Shown piece after piece: positions 11,551 to 24,325 of a stretch of DNA of 64,000 bases; within the stretch, counting starts at the first letter, position 1; each line of letters begins with the position of its first letter. The notes beneath the pieces were generated by a model. It saw only the letters and a program-made list of their open reading frames with translations. It did not search any database and was not told where the DNA came from. Origin of the DNA: Phoronis australis (Eukaryota > Animalia > Phoronida). The position numbers and the translations under genes are program-made. Location of the stretch: contig NMRA01000306.1 of NCBI GenBank assembly GCA_002633005.1, forward strand, positions 353,866 to 417,865, read 5' to 3'.

Positions 11551-14500
11551 TGTTCAATGCTAGTCACTGATCTCTTGTGTTCAACCCATGACGTCACATG
11601 GCGGGAAATGTGAAAATTGGCAAAATTGAAAGAAAAATCAAAATTTTGAGCTAATTACACAAAATAAACATGGGTTTAGCTAAATTTTACGTCATACATT
11701 TAGTCTGTGGCCACCGGTAATTCAAAATGTGCAAAAATCCATGGTGTGTACTGTTTAAGGTAGCATTGGGCGTCAAAGCAATGTCAAACGACCATCTCTG
11801 CTTTTGATAACCGTGCTTCATTTCGTCTGCTTCTCTTAATCCTAAATCGTCTCTTTGTAGAAGTATTTTTGAAGGTACTCACGAAATGTCGCCTGTTAAG
11901 CTCCGGAAGACATACGTGTATTAAAAGCAAGTGTATTATGACCAGGGTGGAAATAATACGAGCTAGCTTTAAAGTGTTTATTGAAACGTTTTAATATTTT
12001 GTCTTGGCAGGTAAATCAAACATGGAGCCTTCATTGGCACTAATAATAGAATCAAAATTTACGTTATCTCAATATGAATTTCAGGTAGTCATCTCGAGTG
12101 GAAATCGTTTAGTAGTAAAATAAAAGACCTCGCAAACTTTCGGAAACAGGGAGAGTTTGTTCCTGAAAAATGTTTTGTTTTTCGTAGTCTTGTCTTTTAC
12201 ACTCACTGACGTTGTGTTCTTTGGAAACTCTACAAACAGCAAAAATTTTCATTTTGGCCTATACTTGAGAGTTTTTCCGGATATGGGCCAGTAGCTGGGC
12301 CTTTGGGGGCAATGTCTGTGGGTATTCCTGGTCAGTAGACTCATAATTATTTTAATGCTTGATATAAGAAACCCTACATATACATGCATATCTTTCGAAC
12401 ATGATTTGACTATAAGCTCTAATTCGGTTGTTAAGAGTACGACGACGACGACGAAGAACGAATAGTGACTAGAGAAATTTGCAATACTCATCGATTACAT
12501 GATGCTAAATTAGTACATGTATTAAGAAACGTTTCAAATATCGATTCTGCGAAATCGTTTTCAATGGCGATAAGCATTCATTCTTTAAACCGGAACACAG
12601 CTACCCTGTACCGCGGTATAACTTATGTTTTCACCATAAAACGACTCACAAATTCCGTTTTTCAACACAACAATCATTTCTAATCAGGAGAATTATATGC
12701 ATATTCGTTCAAAATATAAGCAAAGCAACTAAAGTTTTATGATGTTTTGAAGAACAACGCACAGCGAAAGCGCTAGAGTCAGCCAAAGACTTAAGTTAAT
12801 GTTGGCCTTAGTTGTCATGTGTCGTCATTTTGTGTTTGCCAGGGAACCCCCCATGGCGATAAACGAACGCAGGTACATGTACTGCACCCTGTATCGTTAT
12901 ATGTTCGTGGTTTTTCCAAAATATTCTCTTCTTTCTTTCACTCGCACTAAGGTACAGTACTTTTAAACAGACAATACTTGAAAGTATTGCCTACATGTAC
13001 ATGTATGTCCTAGCACCTCCTTGCTTGCAATGAATCAGCACCACACCTAAGTCTTAAAATCATTCGCACAGGGTGCAATATTACTTTCGTGTCCATTTGC
13101 CAGGAAAGTCGATAGAAATACGTAAACGTAAGTGCTTTACAAAGCACGAATTTCTTTCTCTGATATTTGAGGAGGCAATTCTGATTCGTAAGATAAACCG
13201 CGTGTTCCTCAGAATCCTGAAAACTACAAGTACATTCGTGCAATTCAGACCTGAGTGGCATGGCACAGGTGTTAGAGGTCTGCGTGATTTGCTTTCCTTT
13301 TTGAATCAGACACGCGCAATCCTTTTTCATACGCGATAATTTACCTGTCGAAAGCACTGACGTTAGAGCAGCGCAGTAATACAATGCAGGTACAGTATTT
13401 CAACGACGTCACAATGAAAATACAGATGACCGTTTCGTGTTTTTCACCAGCTGTTGTCGATACGATCACATGAGTCTTACCTGTAACAGTCAATCACCAC
13501 CAGAATTGTACACAGCACGCAAATTGTTACCGGAGTGATGTCAAAATCAATTTACAAGTCTGAACCGAGTGTGTTGCAAATAAGAATAAATGCGTCAAAT
13601 ATCTGTCGCTGTACCGGGATTTTGCAAAACACGATCTCCTCATCTAGTTTTTGTATGACGTTTCTTTAACTGTTCACAGGTGCTGAGTTGAATGCTTAAT
13701 TTAGCACAAAAATCTGAAAAACAGATCAAGCTCTTAGTTCACCTGTGAAGTTGAGAAACTCTACGTATGCTAATTAACTACATGTACCACCAGCCGTTAG
13801 AAGTCTACATTCTTATCCACTGACAAGTAAACGGACTGTGGATAGATTTGACGCTGTCTAAAAATTCGTTCCATTCAATAGGCCATCCGCGTTCTACTTT
13901 TAGGTTTAAACCTGCTGTAGCTCGGGACTGAAAGAATTGATATCAGAAGGGATGCGATCAATTGCATTATTATAACGAAAATCATCTCTTCTACAGAAGA
14001 AATGATATGTATTCCCGTACCGCTTTCTCCCGTTATTCAACTCAACGGACACTTACAGCGCCGATCTCTTTCCTAGTTGGCTAGTGCATACCTACCAACC
14101 AATTTCTGTTGGAAAAAGGTAGAATTGTGAATTGCTGTGTGTGCCGAAGGAAAAGCGTAGGCTAGGGGAGTAGGTGGCCTGCCTTCTATGCGAAAGTTTG
14201 AAAAAATCAAACAGAATGGTGTAATCTCCTTTATTTCAACAATTCCTTAAAATACAAAAACACAGTTTAGAGATGAAAAAATAAAACATGACATGGAACA
14301 AATACCAAAATTTTGAAATAAAACTTCGGGCAGAAGGATGAACCGATCAGTAACACAACTTTTTAAAAAAGTATTCCTGAAGTTTTGAGACGGGAAGTGA
14401 TTGATGAAGCTCAAAGTCCAAGACCTGGGCAGTGCAATTGGATAATAAAAAGCATATTTTCATATTCCAGTTGTTCGTATAAACCTCTCTATTCAAGCCC

Positions 14501-15059
14501 GCCCGTAGACTAATCTCACCTGGACCGACGGTGTAGCCGCTGTCGTAAGGTGCTTACAACGGAGGTGCTCGGTGAAAGGTGAAAGTGCGAAAAGAAATGA
14601 AAAACTATTCTGTACAAAAAAGTCGTGGAAGGCATTATGTCGTAGAGGGCTGTCACAAAAGCCAGAAGAAGCTGTACCCATGGAAGTAATCAATTTGCAG
14701 TGGACATGGCGAAAAGCGTCAAGATTGCCGTGTTTGCCGCTGTTCAAGATGTTTTGTATTCACAAGAACTCAATAAGCCGGAGACAATCGTTACATGTGC
14801 GCGCAATTAATAGAAAATAATGCAATAAAATTTAAACGATTCTCTGTAATTGAAGAAGGTGGGTCAAATGTAATTTTTAGTTAAAATACGATATTGACAT
14901 TTGTCAAATATTGATGAAACTGGTCGAGTGAGCCAGAAATAGTGAAGCAGAACCACAAACTAAGAATTAATAAGAACAATTACTACAAAGCGAGGTGGTT
15001 CAAACCCCTTTTTAAGATTAGTTTACATGAATTCTTTCGATATGATAGTGGAATTTTAG

Positions 15060-15368
15060 GTCAGCTAGTTGACATCGGCAAGAACAATTCACCATCTTTA
15101 GCCTAAGAACCGGCCACTGACAGCTGCTCTCCCTCATGCATCGCCTGAAAATCTCAAACAGACGAGTGCCCCTGTGGCATTGGCCCCCAGACACCGGAGC
15201 ATTTACTACAGAGATGCCTTACGTTAGACGTCAAACATGGCCTAGTCCAGTGGAACTCAAAGAAACACTGTAGGGCGCGACAGCGTCTTTGCGGCGAACC
15301 GCAGATTTTGTCCAAAAGACCAGACTCTCCATCTAAACTACATGGCCGCTGAAGAAGAAGAAGAAAAA
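15060..15368 (+). mobile_element. 3' end of an I-group (Ingi/Nimb-like) LINE with (GAA)n tail
   Basis: QFTIFSLRTGH*QL..MHRLKIS [fs] CPCGIGPQTPEHLLQRC..RRQTWP..L*G..LRRTADFVQKTRLSI*, a CCHC knuckle, followed by GAAGAAGAAGAAGAAAAA. Confidence 0.8.
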
Positions 15369-16068
15369 GATATCGTACCTGGGTGGCGACCAGGTGCGGT
15401 ACTTTCCTACGCCTATGTATTATTTAAATAAAAATAAAAGTTTTTGGGGGCTATTTTATGAAGTCTGTGTAAAGGTAAAATTTAAAAAAGTGTCATCTTC
15501 ACAACGTCGGTTGTTATTGTTAAGTTTGAATATTTAGACATCGAGCAGTAAAGAAAAAAAAACAATTATACAGTACACGATATCGCTATCTGGTGCGATT
15601 ATTTTTATTACATTATTTTGAGCTTAATGAGAAATGAAGCTAAGTGGCTGCCCATTTTGCAAGTTACGAAAAAACTCAAAGACTAACTCGATGTCACATG
15701 CATAAGATGCTTGCAGCAAATCCAGTTGTGGCGCGCCTTCTTCCTTAAAATTGCAGTACACCGAGTTAATTGATTACGATGATGAAAATTCAACTTGAAC
15801 CGATTTTTTCATAATAAGACATCGAAACGAACAATCATCTTCGATTAGGATACAAAAAATCCCCAAAGCCGCGTGTTCTTGGATTATGCAACGGTGGCGT
15901 GGAAAATCCGGGTGTCCCCAGGAAGGATCAGTGACCTCCATTAATTGAACGCATGCGTACATGTACGTGTTAGTGATTGTTCACCGCTGACAGCCGCACA
16001 GTTTGTGATTTAGCTGGCGACTGTGGACAGTTTGGGTCATCACATAAGCACCTCGAGAAATTTACACT

Positions 16069-16138
16069 CATGGGCGGCGCACCATAGGGGGCCGAAGGGG
16101 CTTTAGCCCCCACTTTTTTCAGTGCTGCGCCGCCCATG
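16069..16138. mobile_element. 70-bp micro-MITE with 13-bp TIR and 5-bp TSD
   Basis: CATGGGCGGCGCA...TGCGCCGCCCATG perfect TIR, flanked by ACACT on both sides. Related copies at 40747-40882. Confidence 0.85.
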
Positions 16139-16660
16139 ACACTGGGACTGAATTAACCAAAAAGAAACGGCACGAGGAAGAACCTTGCTGGAAAAAATAC
16201 AATACTAAGGGGGCAAATGGATTGCAGCTCGAAAAATGGATCGCTCCACATTAGAAACTGGACATGGAAAAAGCGACGAACTTGCCGCAGTTTCATTGGA
16301 CTGGAGAAGCCAGTCGACTAATTGAAAACGACTCTTTTTACTGGCCTTAAGTAACTCAATCGACCATCGAGTTCAGCAAGCAGTTCCCGCCATCTTTTGA
16401 TATGCTCTGTCATTTCTCGGTCACTTTGTACCTCACCCCTTCTTCAGTCACAGAGTGCCAGTTGCATTGTGACTATGACTGGTGTACCGTAGCAAGAACG
16501 CTGCACACGTACACATATGATGTGCCATCACCACCACAGCGACGGATGCAGAATTCGACATGCATGTACATGTAATGCAGTTATGTGCAGTAGTTAGTGT
16601 TGTGATTGATACCAACAATGTGTGAATTGTAATAACAACCTGTTCTCTGCCAGCTTGAGA

Positions 16661-17488
16661 TATAAATATAGATTATTACATGGCGAAGTCGTTATCCCCG
16701 TTATCTAGAGCCCGAGTGGATTTTGGAAAATTATCGCAGGATTGGCGTTAGCCCCGAGGGTGATAATTCTACAAAATCCACGAGGGCTCTAGATAAGGGG
16801 GGTAACGACTGAGAACATGTAATAATCTATTTATACCACATACTGAACAAGAAACATTACAATGAATCGATCTACCTTTCTCGACTCGCCTCGGCTTTGT
16901 AACTACTTTCTATGTCAGAGGCCCGGGGTCGGAGGTCGTGACCTTTTAAGAAAAGCCTATATTTTTTGAAAAATAATGCTTTTACTCAAAACCAATTGAA
17001 AAATAAAACAAAATAGAATTAAAGTGAATCTATAAATTAAGGTTTAGCAACTGATGTAGCTTACTAACATTATATCACGCTAAGCTTCGACCGGGAATAT
17101 CGTCTGCTAAAGTAGGTTACCACTAGTAACTGACTATAATGCTCAAGTCAAAGGATCCCGACCACACAACACCTGCATTCAAATTGGAGATCGGTGATTT
17201 ACAAGTGAGAGAACACGAGAGAAAAAATTCACTGAATTAAAATATCGTTTTAATGGAAATTATGCGTCTTATATTTCATAGCGTGTAATTGTCGGTGCAA
17301 TGCCCTTTGCTGACTGATGCGCGTGATCATTTAAGTATTCCAATGGTGTAGTGGTAAAGTCGGCTACTCGCGACTGTTGAGGCCCGGGTTCGAATCCGGC
17401 TTCGGTTTCCCGCCAAAACGTTAGGTCACTACTTTAAGGATTATTACACGGTTGTATCTGCCATTCGAGGCTAATATTGTGGTATAAT
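16661..17488. mobile_element. Non-autonomous element with a long terminal hairpin and short distal inverted repeat (Crypton-like architecture)
   Basis: Imperfect palindrome 16661-16835 (ATAGATTATTACATG...TTATCTAGAGCCC..GTGGATTTTG / CAAAATCCAC..GGGCTCTAGATAA...CATGTAATAATCTAT). TTATACCACA (16831-16840) is perfectly inverted at 17478-17487. The family assignment is inference. Confidence 0.55.
17336..17408 (+). pseudogene. tRNA-derived sequence (SINE head or tRNA pseudogene) with Pol III A and B boxes
   Basis: A box TGGTGTAGTGG 17344-17354, B box GGTTCGAATCC 17387-17397, T-arm CCGGG-TTCGAAT-CCGGC. Acceptor and anticodon stems do not pair properly. Confidence 0.65.
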
Positions 17489-20400
17489 AACAATTAACAG
17501 GTCAGATGCAAATGCATCAACATCGACGTTAGTTTATTACAGCCTTAGCAAATTATTTAGGAAATTGCTGATTTAATTATTAAAATTAATAATCAAATTT
17601 AAAGCGCAGCTCATCTTCAGGTAAGTTTATACTATGACCTTCCACATACTCAGGAGTATATTTATGTTCGCTTCATTCTAGTTCACGCAGCACTCTATGA
17701 TGGATGTTTATAAGCCGCCGCCGTTAGACCGCCCACTTTTGTTGAAGATTATTTTGTTTATTAAAAGCAGACGTGGTAGTTGAACGAAACTTAAAATTTC
17801 GTGACAACTCGTGAAATTTTGTCGAGGTTTAAAAACAGACGATTTAAAAGCAATTGAAATTGGTAAAAAAACAGGATTCGCGCAACTTTAGTAAAAGGTG
17901 TTTTACAGGCTGACTACATTAATCACACTGCCATCGACAGTTACATTTAGATTGAAATTACGTTCGTTAGGCCTTTTGTTCAACTCACCGTTTTCTATTG
18001 ATTGTATGAAGGGGATTTAAATCTATGGTTGATTGGAGCTCATCAAATGCGTAGTCGAGGTCTCGTGAAGCTAGCAGAGATAACCATTGCTCCCGCGGCA
18101 GACATCTTGTGATTACCAGTCATATGAGTATGACGCGGCTGGTTGCGCGCACGAAGGATTAGGCTGGCTCTGCGTAACGCAAGAAGAAGTCCAATTTCAT
18201 CAATTTAATCGTTTTTTCCTACGTATCAAACCCGAGCAGTTGTAATCCACTAAATAAATGGAATGAAAAACTCCAGATGAAATTGTGAATTACAATAGAC
18301 TTGTTCCTTTTCCACCTAAAAGTTTCATAGATGTATCCTGCTGTTTATATGGTAAATCTGACACAATTAACTTTGAACACATAAAAATGACCATCGTTAC
18401 AACGATAATCATTTTTACCTGATTTTGCCCAGACCCATTTTTGTGACGACGTGTTTGTGTGCGCTGTAATTTTCGGTGTACGAAAAAGCTGCAATGCAAC
18501 ACAAGGCTATAGAAACGTATGCATCCAAAAACCGAGATTAATACCAGTGTTACGTGCCTAGTATTCGTTTGCATACAATAGCATCTCTCGGGGACAGCTT
18601 TTGGATTTAAATTTGGGCCCGGGGTCTAATTTACAAACTGTAATGTAACTCAGTGTTACACGTAAACGTAATGTCTCCGATCCAGTCGTGTACTCGAGTA
18701 CTGTATTTCATAATCTGGACAGATGAGTTTCTAGTCAAATTCAAACCCGGATATTTTAAAAGCGCAAAATCTGCGGATTACTCTATTTTGCACTCTTGTC
18801 TTGAGTTGGATCTCAGATGTGTAGCTGGAGGCCAGAGGCCACACAAATGCACATGAAGACTAAAAACTGATACGGGCCATACCATAATTTACTCTAGCGC
18901 ACAATCGTAATCACTTGAGTTCGTACAAAATTAGAACTGAATGTGTCCATTTAGTGTTAACAATTTAAACACAGGTCACTAGATTTTAAACACCCAGTTT
19001 CTAGGACAATAATCATTTTCAGTAGGCGCAAAATACACTCAACGTGAGCGTAATATATCAGATTTCACTTAATATACGCATTGTGCGCCTTAAATTATAA
19101 AAAACATCAAACACATTTCTTTTTACAATCTTGCTATGTACTCACCTCCATTTCCCGCCTATCAGAGCTGTCCATGGCTGTCAAAAATCTTTATTACATT
19201 CGTCTTTCATAGAGTCCGCGCGATCCTGTGATCAGAAGCAATAATGTTTTCAATCTAAAAAACTTTTCTAGATTGATCGATTTTTCTAGACTATTCACGT
19301 ACAGTGGAGGCCAAGCTACTGATCAGAAGTGAACGCGTTTCAACATTTAACCTTGTCATGCTATCACACAATGTGTCTGTTGTACTAGTCAAGGACCATC
19401 TATTTTAAGGAATACATTTAGGTACCAGGCCTGTTCACAAAATTTACAGTGGTCCTTTTTAGTTTGTAATCTCAGATAAAATTTACAAATAATCTTTTAT
19501 GGGCTTTGGTTTATTTTAAGTTAAAATGAAAGTCGTTTTGTCGTCGGTGAGTTATTGATTGCGGGTAGTAGTGACATTGACAGTGGATAAACCTTTGTAA
19601 CTGCCGGAGAACACTCAACGTAATCAGATAACACAGGCTGAATGGAAGGTCGCAGAAACTCGACTGCAAATTTCATCTTGTTTCTATGCACTGAAGTAAG
19701 ACGTGGATTTCTTCTACGTTCATCGGACAGGCAATTAGTATGGCTTCTTGAAATAACAACAGGTCAGTATTCCCAAATACATATAATGACACTGACGCAT
19801 CTGTGACGACAGCATCGCCATTACCAAATATGGCCAACAAAACAACATGAACAACAGTTATAATGAGAGCAATAGTAGATTCCAAAAATTGCTTGACAAA
19901 TCACACTTTCCAAGAATACAAGTGGCGACGCATTGATAAATTAATCTAAAGATAAGTAACTCAGCGTTGCAAACTATTTGACGAAATGTTGTCATACAGT
20001 AGTGTTTTGTAAATGTCCTCGTGACAATTATTAACAGACGCGCAAATAATGGTGGTAAACCATGTGAAACAAATCTCCTGAAATTACAAAAGCCGATGTC
20101 GCCAACGTTTTCAGATTCCAATGAGCACGGTGATTGTGACCATAAAGTGGTAGCCAGTAATAGGTTTTTGATTCTGTATTTTAAGCTAAATGCCAGTCTG
20201 CGCGAGGTTTCCACTAAAATACAATTACATGCGCTCACATATTGAAACTCATACCAATTTTTTATTTGTTATACTTAAAATTGGCACATTTCTTACTTAA
20301 ACGCATTATTTCTGTGCCAGATGTAACCTGTTTGAATGTACAGTGCACCGAATTGTGGTTACATTTTGGATAGTGCGATGTCAGGTAGGGAAAGATACAG

Positions 20401-21568
20401 TCTGCACATTTTGTGCATTTTTCGTCGATCAGGCTATTTAAAACAGCTATGAACCTGGCCTTCCGCCACAGAAACTCGTTTCTTTTTACATCATCATGGA
20501 ATACGTTTCGAATTATTCCTTATTCAAAACCATGCAGTTTTTGAGCATGGAAGAAATTGCCAGCTCTTTGTTGCGTGATACCAGGAGAGCTTTCCGCAGA
20601 TCATATTTCTTGCGACAAAAGAAAGATCTCATACCGTGAGAAACGCGTGAAAGGCGAGTATTTCTCGAGTATTTGTTGGAACGTAATTACGAACGCATCT
20701 TGCCTAGCAACTGAAACATGATCAAATGACGACCACTGAAGTGATTGATAGAAATGTAGGTTTTGCAGTAGAAAATCTGCCTTTTGGTTTTAACTCCAGA
20801 CGACAGCGGTTTTAAAGTTGAGACCAAATTCAAATATCAATCTAGTCCATTGTTAAGTGACCCTGTGCTCTTTTGTCCGCCATCACGATTCTCGGGTCTC
20901 GTTAATATTTTATCTGAAATTCACCTGCAAGGCAACTTATAAGTTGAGGAGCACGAGGACGGGTCTTTACATTGTTTTCACAGTTGAACGTCAACAAAAT
21001 CTAACAGGAACACAAAACCTGTGTGTATATGCACAATTTAACATCTACCATGAACAACACTTTAAAAAGCCAGATTCGCAGTAAGCACATCGAATTATAC
21101 GTGTACGAAGGCAAGGTATATTTTTAACACCATTGGATGCTCACATAGAGCAATATGACTCTCAGACACCCTTTCTTGGACAAATTACGTCCAAAATAAT
21201 TAGAAAAACGAGAGCCAAAAAACAATTTGGAGCAAAGGAAGTACTGCTCTGACTTTTTTACGGTTGGGATCTGATAAAATAATCAGGCATGACCACCACA
21301 TGCCTTAGTATAATTTGTTTTGCATTTTAAATTTCGTTCCAAAATACGAAAACCATTGTACACGGCGTGTTTCCATGTGTGAGGTGTTCATCGCTATGCA
21401 AATTATACGACTTAACAGTGACAATGGACATCTGCGTTAGGTGGCATTACAGTTCGCCTTCTTAATAGTTATCAATCTGCATTTGACGGAAAAAACATGA
21501 ACCGAAAGACTGCAAGTATAATTGAAAATCTAACAGAAGCATATGTAGCGGCCACGCTGAAGAGTTCA

Positions 21569-21770
21569 TATTATAGAGACTTTAGTTAAGATTACTATTA
21601 CTACTGCCTAATCATTTTAGTTCGTTTAATTTAAGTTTATTAAGTATGCTTGCCTAGTGTCAGCCGTATTTAATTAGTTAATGTGATCGGAATCTTGTCA
21701 AAGTCTAACTCGAAGAAAATATTACGATAGACTGCGTTATTTTTTGTTATTTATGGTCATCGTCAGACCA
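21569..21770 (+). repeat. 5' LTR (internally deleted by about 75 bp)
   Basis: Shares CTGCCTAATCATTTTA, TGTCAGCC, AATATTACG..AGACTGCG and GGTCATCGTCmGACCA with the 3' LTR. Ends in CA. Confidence 0.85.
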
Positions 21771-21782
21771 TACATGTAGTTT

Positions 21783-21793
21783 TGGTAGCAGAG
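21783..21793 (+). promoter_or_regulatory. Primer binding site, initiator tRNA-Met-like
   Basis: TGGTAGCAGAG just downstream of the 5' LTR is complementary to the 3' end of metazoan tRNAiMet (..CTCTGCTACCA). Confidence 0.7.
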
Positions 21794-22246
21794 CAAGGAT
21801 GGGACATTTATGAAATGTGATGGAAGTCGAAACATTACTGTGACCGAAGATGGATAGCAAGCGTCAGGCTTTCGTTCTGCCGCACGCAGACAAAGAATTC
21901 AACGAATGAGAGATGGCGAAAGCCAAACGAAAATCCCTTTTCAGTAGACGTCGTCACCAGTTGCTAGACACTTTGTATGACGTCAGATTTCGCGAGGAAA
22001 TCTTGGTTCCATTGTATCCGACTTAAGCAAGTTATACTGCAGTTGTTTATTATATTGTGTATTAGAGCTACAGTGAAGCGATATATTCTAAGTGATCCTG
22101 ACACTGCCGGGAACATCGAGGATAGAATTCTGAACTAAGCTTTTGCAAGTATATACGATCACTGAGGTATGTTTAATATGTGGATGGAATTTTGTTTATT
22201 ATTGTAAAGCAGTCCCAGTTGTTGCAAACATTAAACAATAGTTTGA

Positions 22247-22473
22247 CAGAGGCGGATCTACGGGGGAGGGGGTTCAGGAGATTTAAGCCCCCCCCTGGTA
22301 CAGGATCAAAAATAAAAAGACGTCGCCAGGAAAATGAAACCAGCCACAAAAACCATACAATCTTACACGGGAAGGGGCAGACCCTCTCTCGACCTATCCC
22401 CGCTCGGCCCTACACGCGTCGGGCTCGGAATCCTAATTCACCCGTCCTTGCTGAAAACGTAGATTGGCCACTG
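22247..22473. mobile_element. Degenerate GC-rich MITE inside the BEL element
   Basis: CAGAGGCGGATCTA ... TAGATTGGCCACTG (11/14 inverted), with G/C runs inside. No clean TSD. A similar relic lies near 50760-50903. Confidence 0.45.
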
Positions 22474-22522
22474 ATTGAGTACTTTGCAATTAGAACTTTA
22501 TCACATTTCTATATGTCCTTAA

Positions 22523-24325
22523 ACGAGAATGCCACCCGATTTAATTAGTCTTTTTTTACCGTTTTAATCGTTCTATAACCACATCGCCTCTTATACGGTT
22601 GACTTCACCTTGCCGAGAGGTGTCGCGTTAGCCTGTGAGGAAAGTGAGAAACGACTCGGCGAGGTGAGTGGTTCATCTGCAGAGTGAATGCCGCTATATT
22701 GCGGAGCATCTTTCCCACTTTTCTGAACAATGAAGCTGCGAAGGTAGCGGGTTATCGTTTTTTCCACTTCCTCGAGAGCCCGAAAGGGTTAGACAGTGGC
22801 TCGCGGTAGTGAAGAATAAAAAGTACGATGTTAATAGCAAGTATGAGGCCGTGAAACATCTCTGTGCCGCTTTCCGTGGTCGGCATTTCGTCGACAGTGA
22901 TTTCTCTGACAAATTCCGGCTTACCAAAGAACAACCCATACGTGCCGTTGCCTGTGCAGGTTCACGGGGCCTCTTTAGTATTTTTTTAATCAGTGTATTC
23001 CGGTTGGACCTGATAGCCTGTGAAACTTAACGATCCGACCCGAAGTCTTCGTCGGATGAGCTATCATCGGGAATGGCGCTGGACGAGTTGCCATGTAGAC
23101 GTTTATTATTCTGCGTTCTGTTTCAAATTGAATTATTCTCATCCTAACCAATGATTATATAAAACTGAAACAAAGTCTGGCTCATTCAATGCCTTTGGAG
23201 TAGTCGTGAGCGTAATTGTTTTGAGAAGTCAGCAATAAATAAACCACTGCGTTACCGGCTTTAGATGCAATAAAGGTAATTGACAGGGCACCGAGGCCGT
23301 GTGAGCTCATACTAATTTAGTGTTTGCTGACAAAGAGCTGTTGTGAAACAACAACTCGATTTCATATGCTATGGTCACATGTTAGGGGAATCTTTATTTA
23401 GATGTACAAATACATTATTCAAATCACTGTCACTTTACAACCTTTTCCGTGACGGTGTGTGGAAGGGGAACCTGACTTCGCGGCCCACGACAAGTAAGTA
23501 AATTTTCTGTTTCATGGCTAATTCACCTAAATAATTACATGCACATTATTTCTTTGGCTCACTATTTTAGTCTTGATCTTTACTCAGTGGAGGTTAAATT
23601 TCCAACTCAAGCTGGTTTATGTCCGTGATGTCTAGTCCCTGCGGCCGCGACGGGCCTGATCGGGTTCCCGATCCACTGGTGGGGAGTAACAAGCGTTGTT
23701 TGTGTTTAGAACTGAAAAAAATCGCAAGTCTAAAAGCACAACACACAGCTATGGTTCCAGTTCTGCATTTCACGGAAGAATGAATCGAATTTATCACCAA
23801 ACAGACCCAAACATGGCAAATTGGCCTACCAAACTCTGTGAACTACGATACGTTCAAATACCTATACAGAGCCCCCCCCCCGCCAACCCAAAAACACACT
23901 AAAACTGCACACATTTAAATCTTGTTTCAGCCATATAATATTAATTACCGGGGTTAATTAATAAACTCCATTTCCCAACGCTAATTCCGCCTTTGCACCT
24001 TACATTCATATATCTATAAATCCGTAACAGTGAAATAAAACAACACGTTTGTCCAAGAACTCGATTTTTTTGTAAGAGGTTTACATCGAATTTTGATGAT
24101 TTATGGGTGTAAAACTACATGTATGAATTCAAGCAATAAGTTGACACCAGTAAGCTTGTTGCGAACCGCTAAACATCCTACGTTCGAACCGATTACGTCA
24201 TTGGTTAATTTCAATACTTCCGTCTGCCGTTAGATGTTAGGTAAAACAACTGAACTTGCTGTTAACGAGTGGAACTATTCAATCTAAATTGATACAAAAA
24301 GGTAATTTTTGGGTGGCATTCTCCT
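22523..24325 (+). mobile_element. Kolobok family A deletion derivative, copy 2 (nested in BEL)
   Basis: TTAA at 22519-22522 and 24326-24329; TIR AcGAGAATGCCACCC / GGGTGGCATTCTCCT. THAP remnant LRQWLAVVKNKKYDVNSKYEAVKHL...GRHFVDSDFSD. Confidence 0.9.
23867..24010. mobile_element. 144-bp insertion with 8-bp TSD inside Kolobok copy 2
   Basis: Absent from copies 1 and 3. Flanked by TACCTATA (23859-23866) and TATCTATA (24011-24018). Starts CAG, which is hAT-like; the right TIR is not recognisable. Confidence 0.6.

Larger units (their letters stand above)
10788..11754 (+). mobile_element. Kolobok family B deletion derivative (THAP stub +, KolX-like stub -)
   Basis: TTAA at 10784-10787 and 11755-11758; TIR AGTGTACACAACATG versus ACAGTACACACCATG (12/15). 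Internal inverted repeat ACGTCATGGGTTGAACwCAAG near 10916 and 11574-11594. Confidence 0.85.

Noticed and set aside
17336-17408. Functional tRNA gene
   Set aside because: A and B boxes and the T-arm are present, but the acceptor and anticodon stems do not form.
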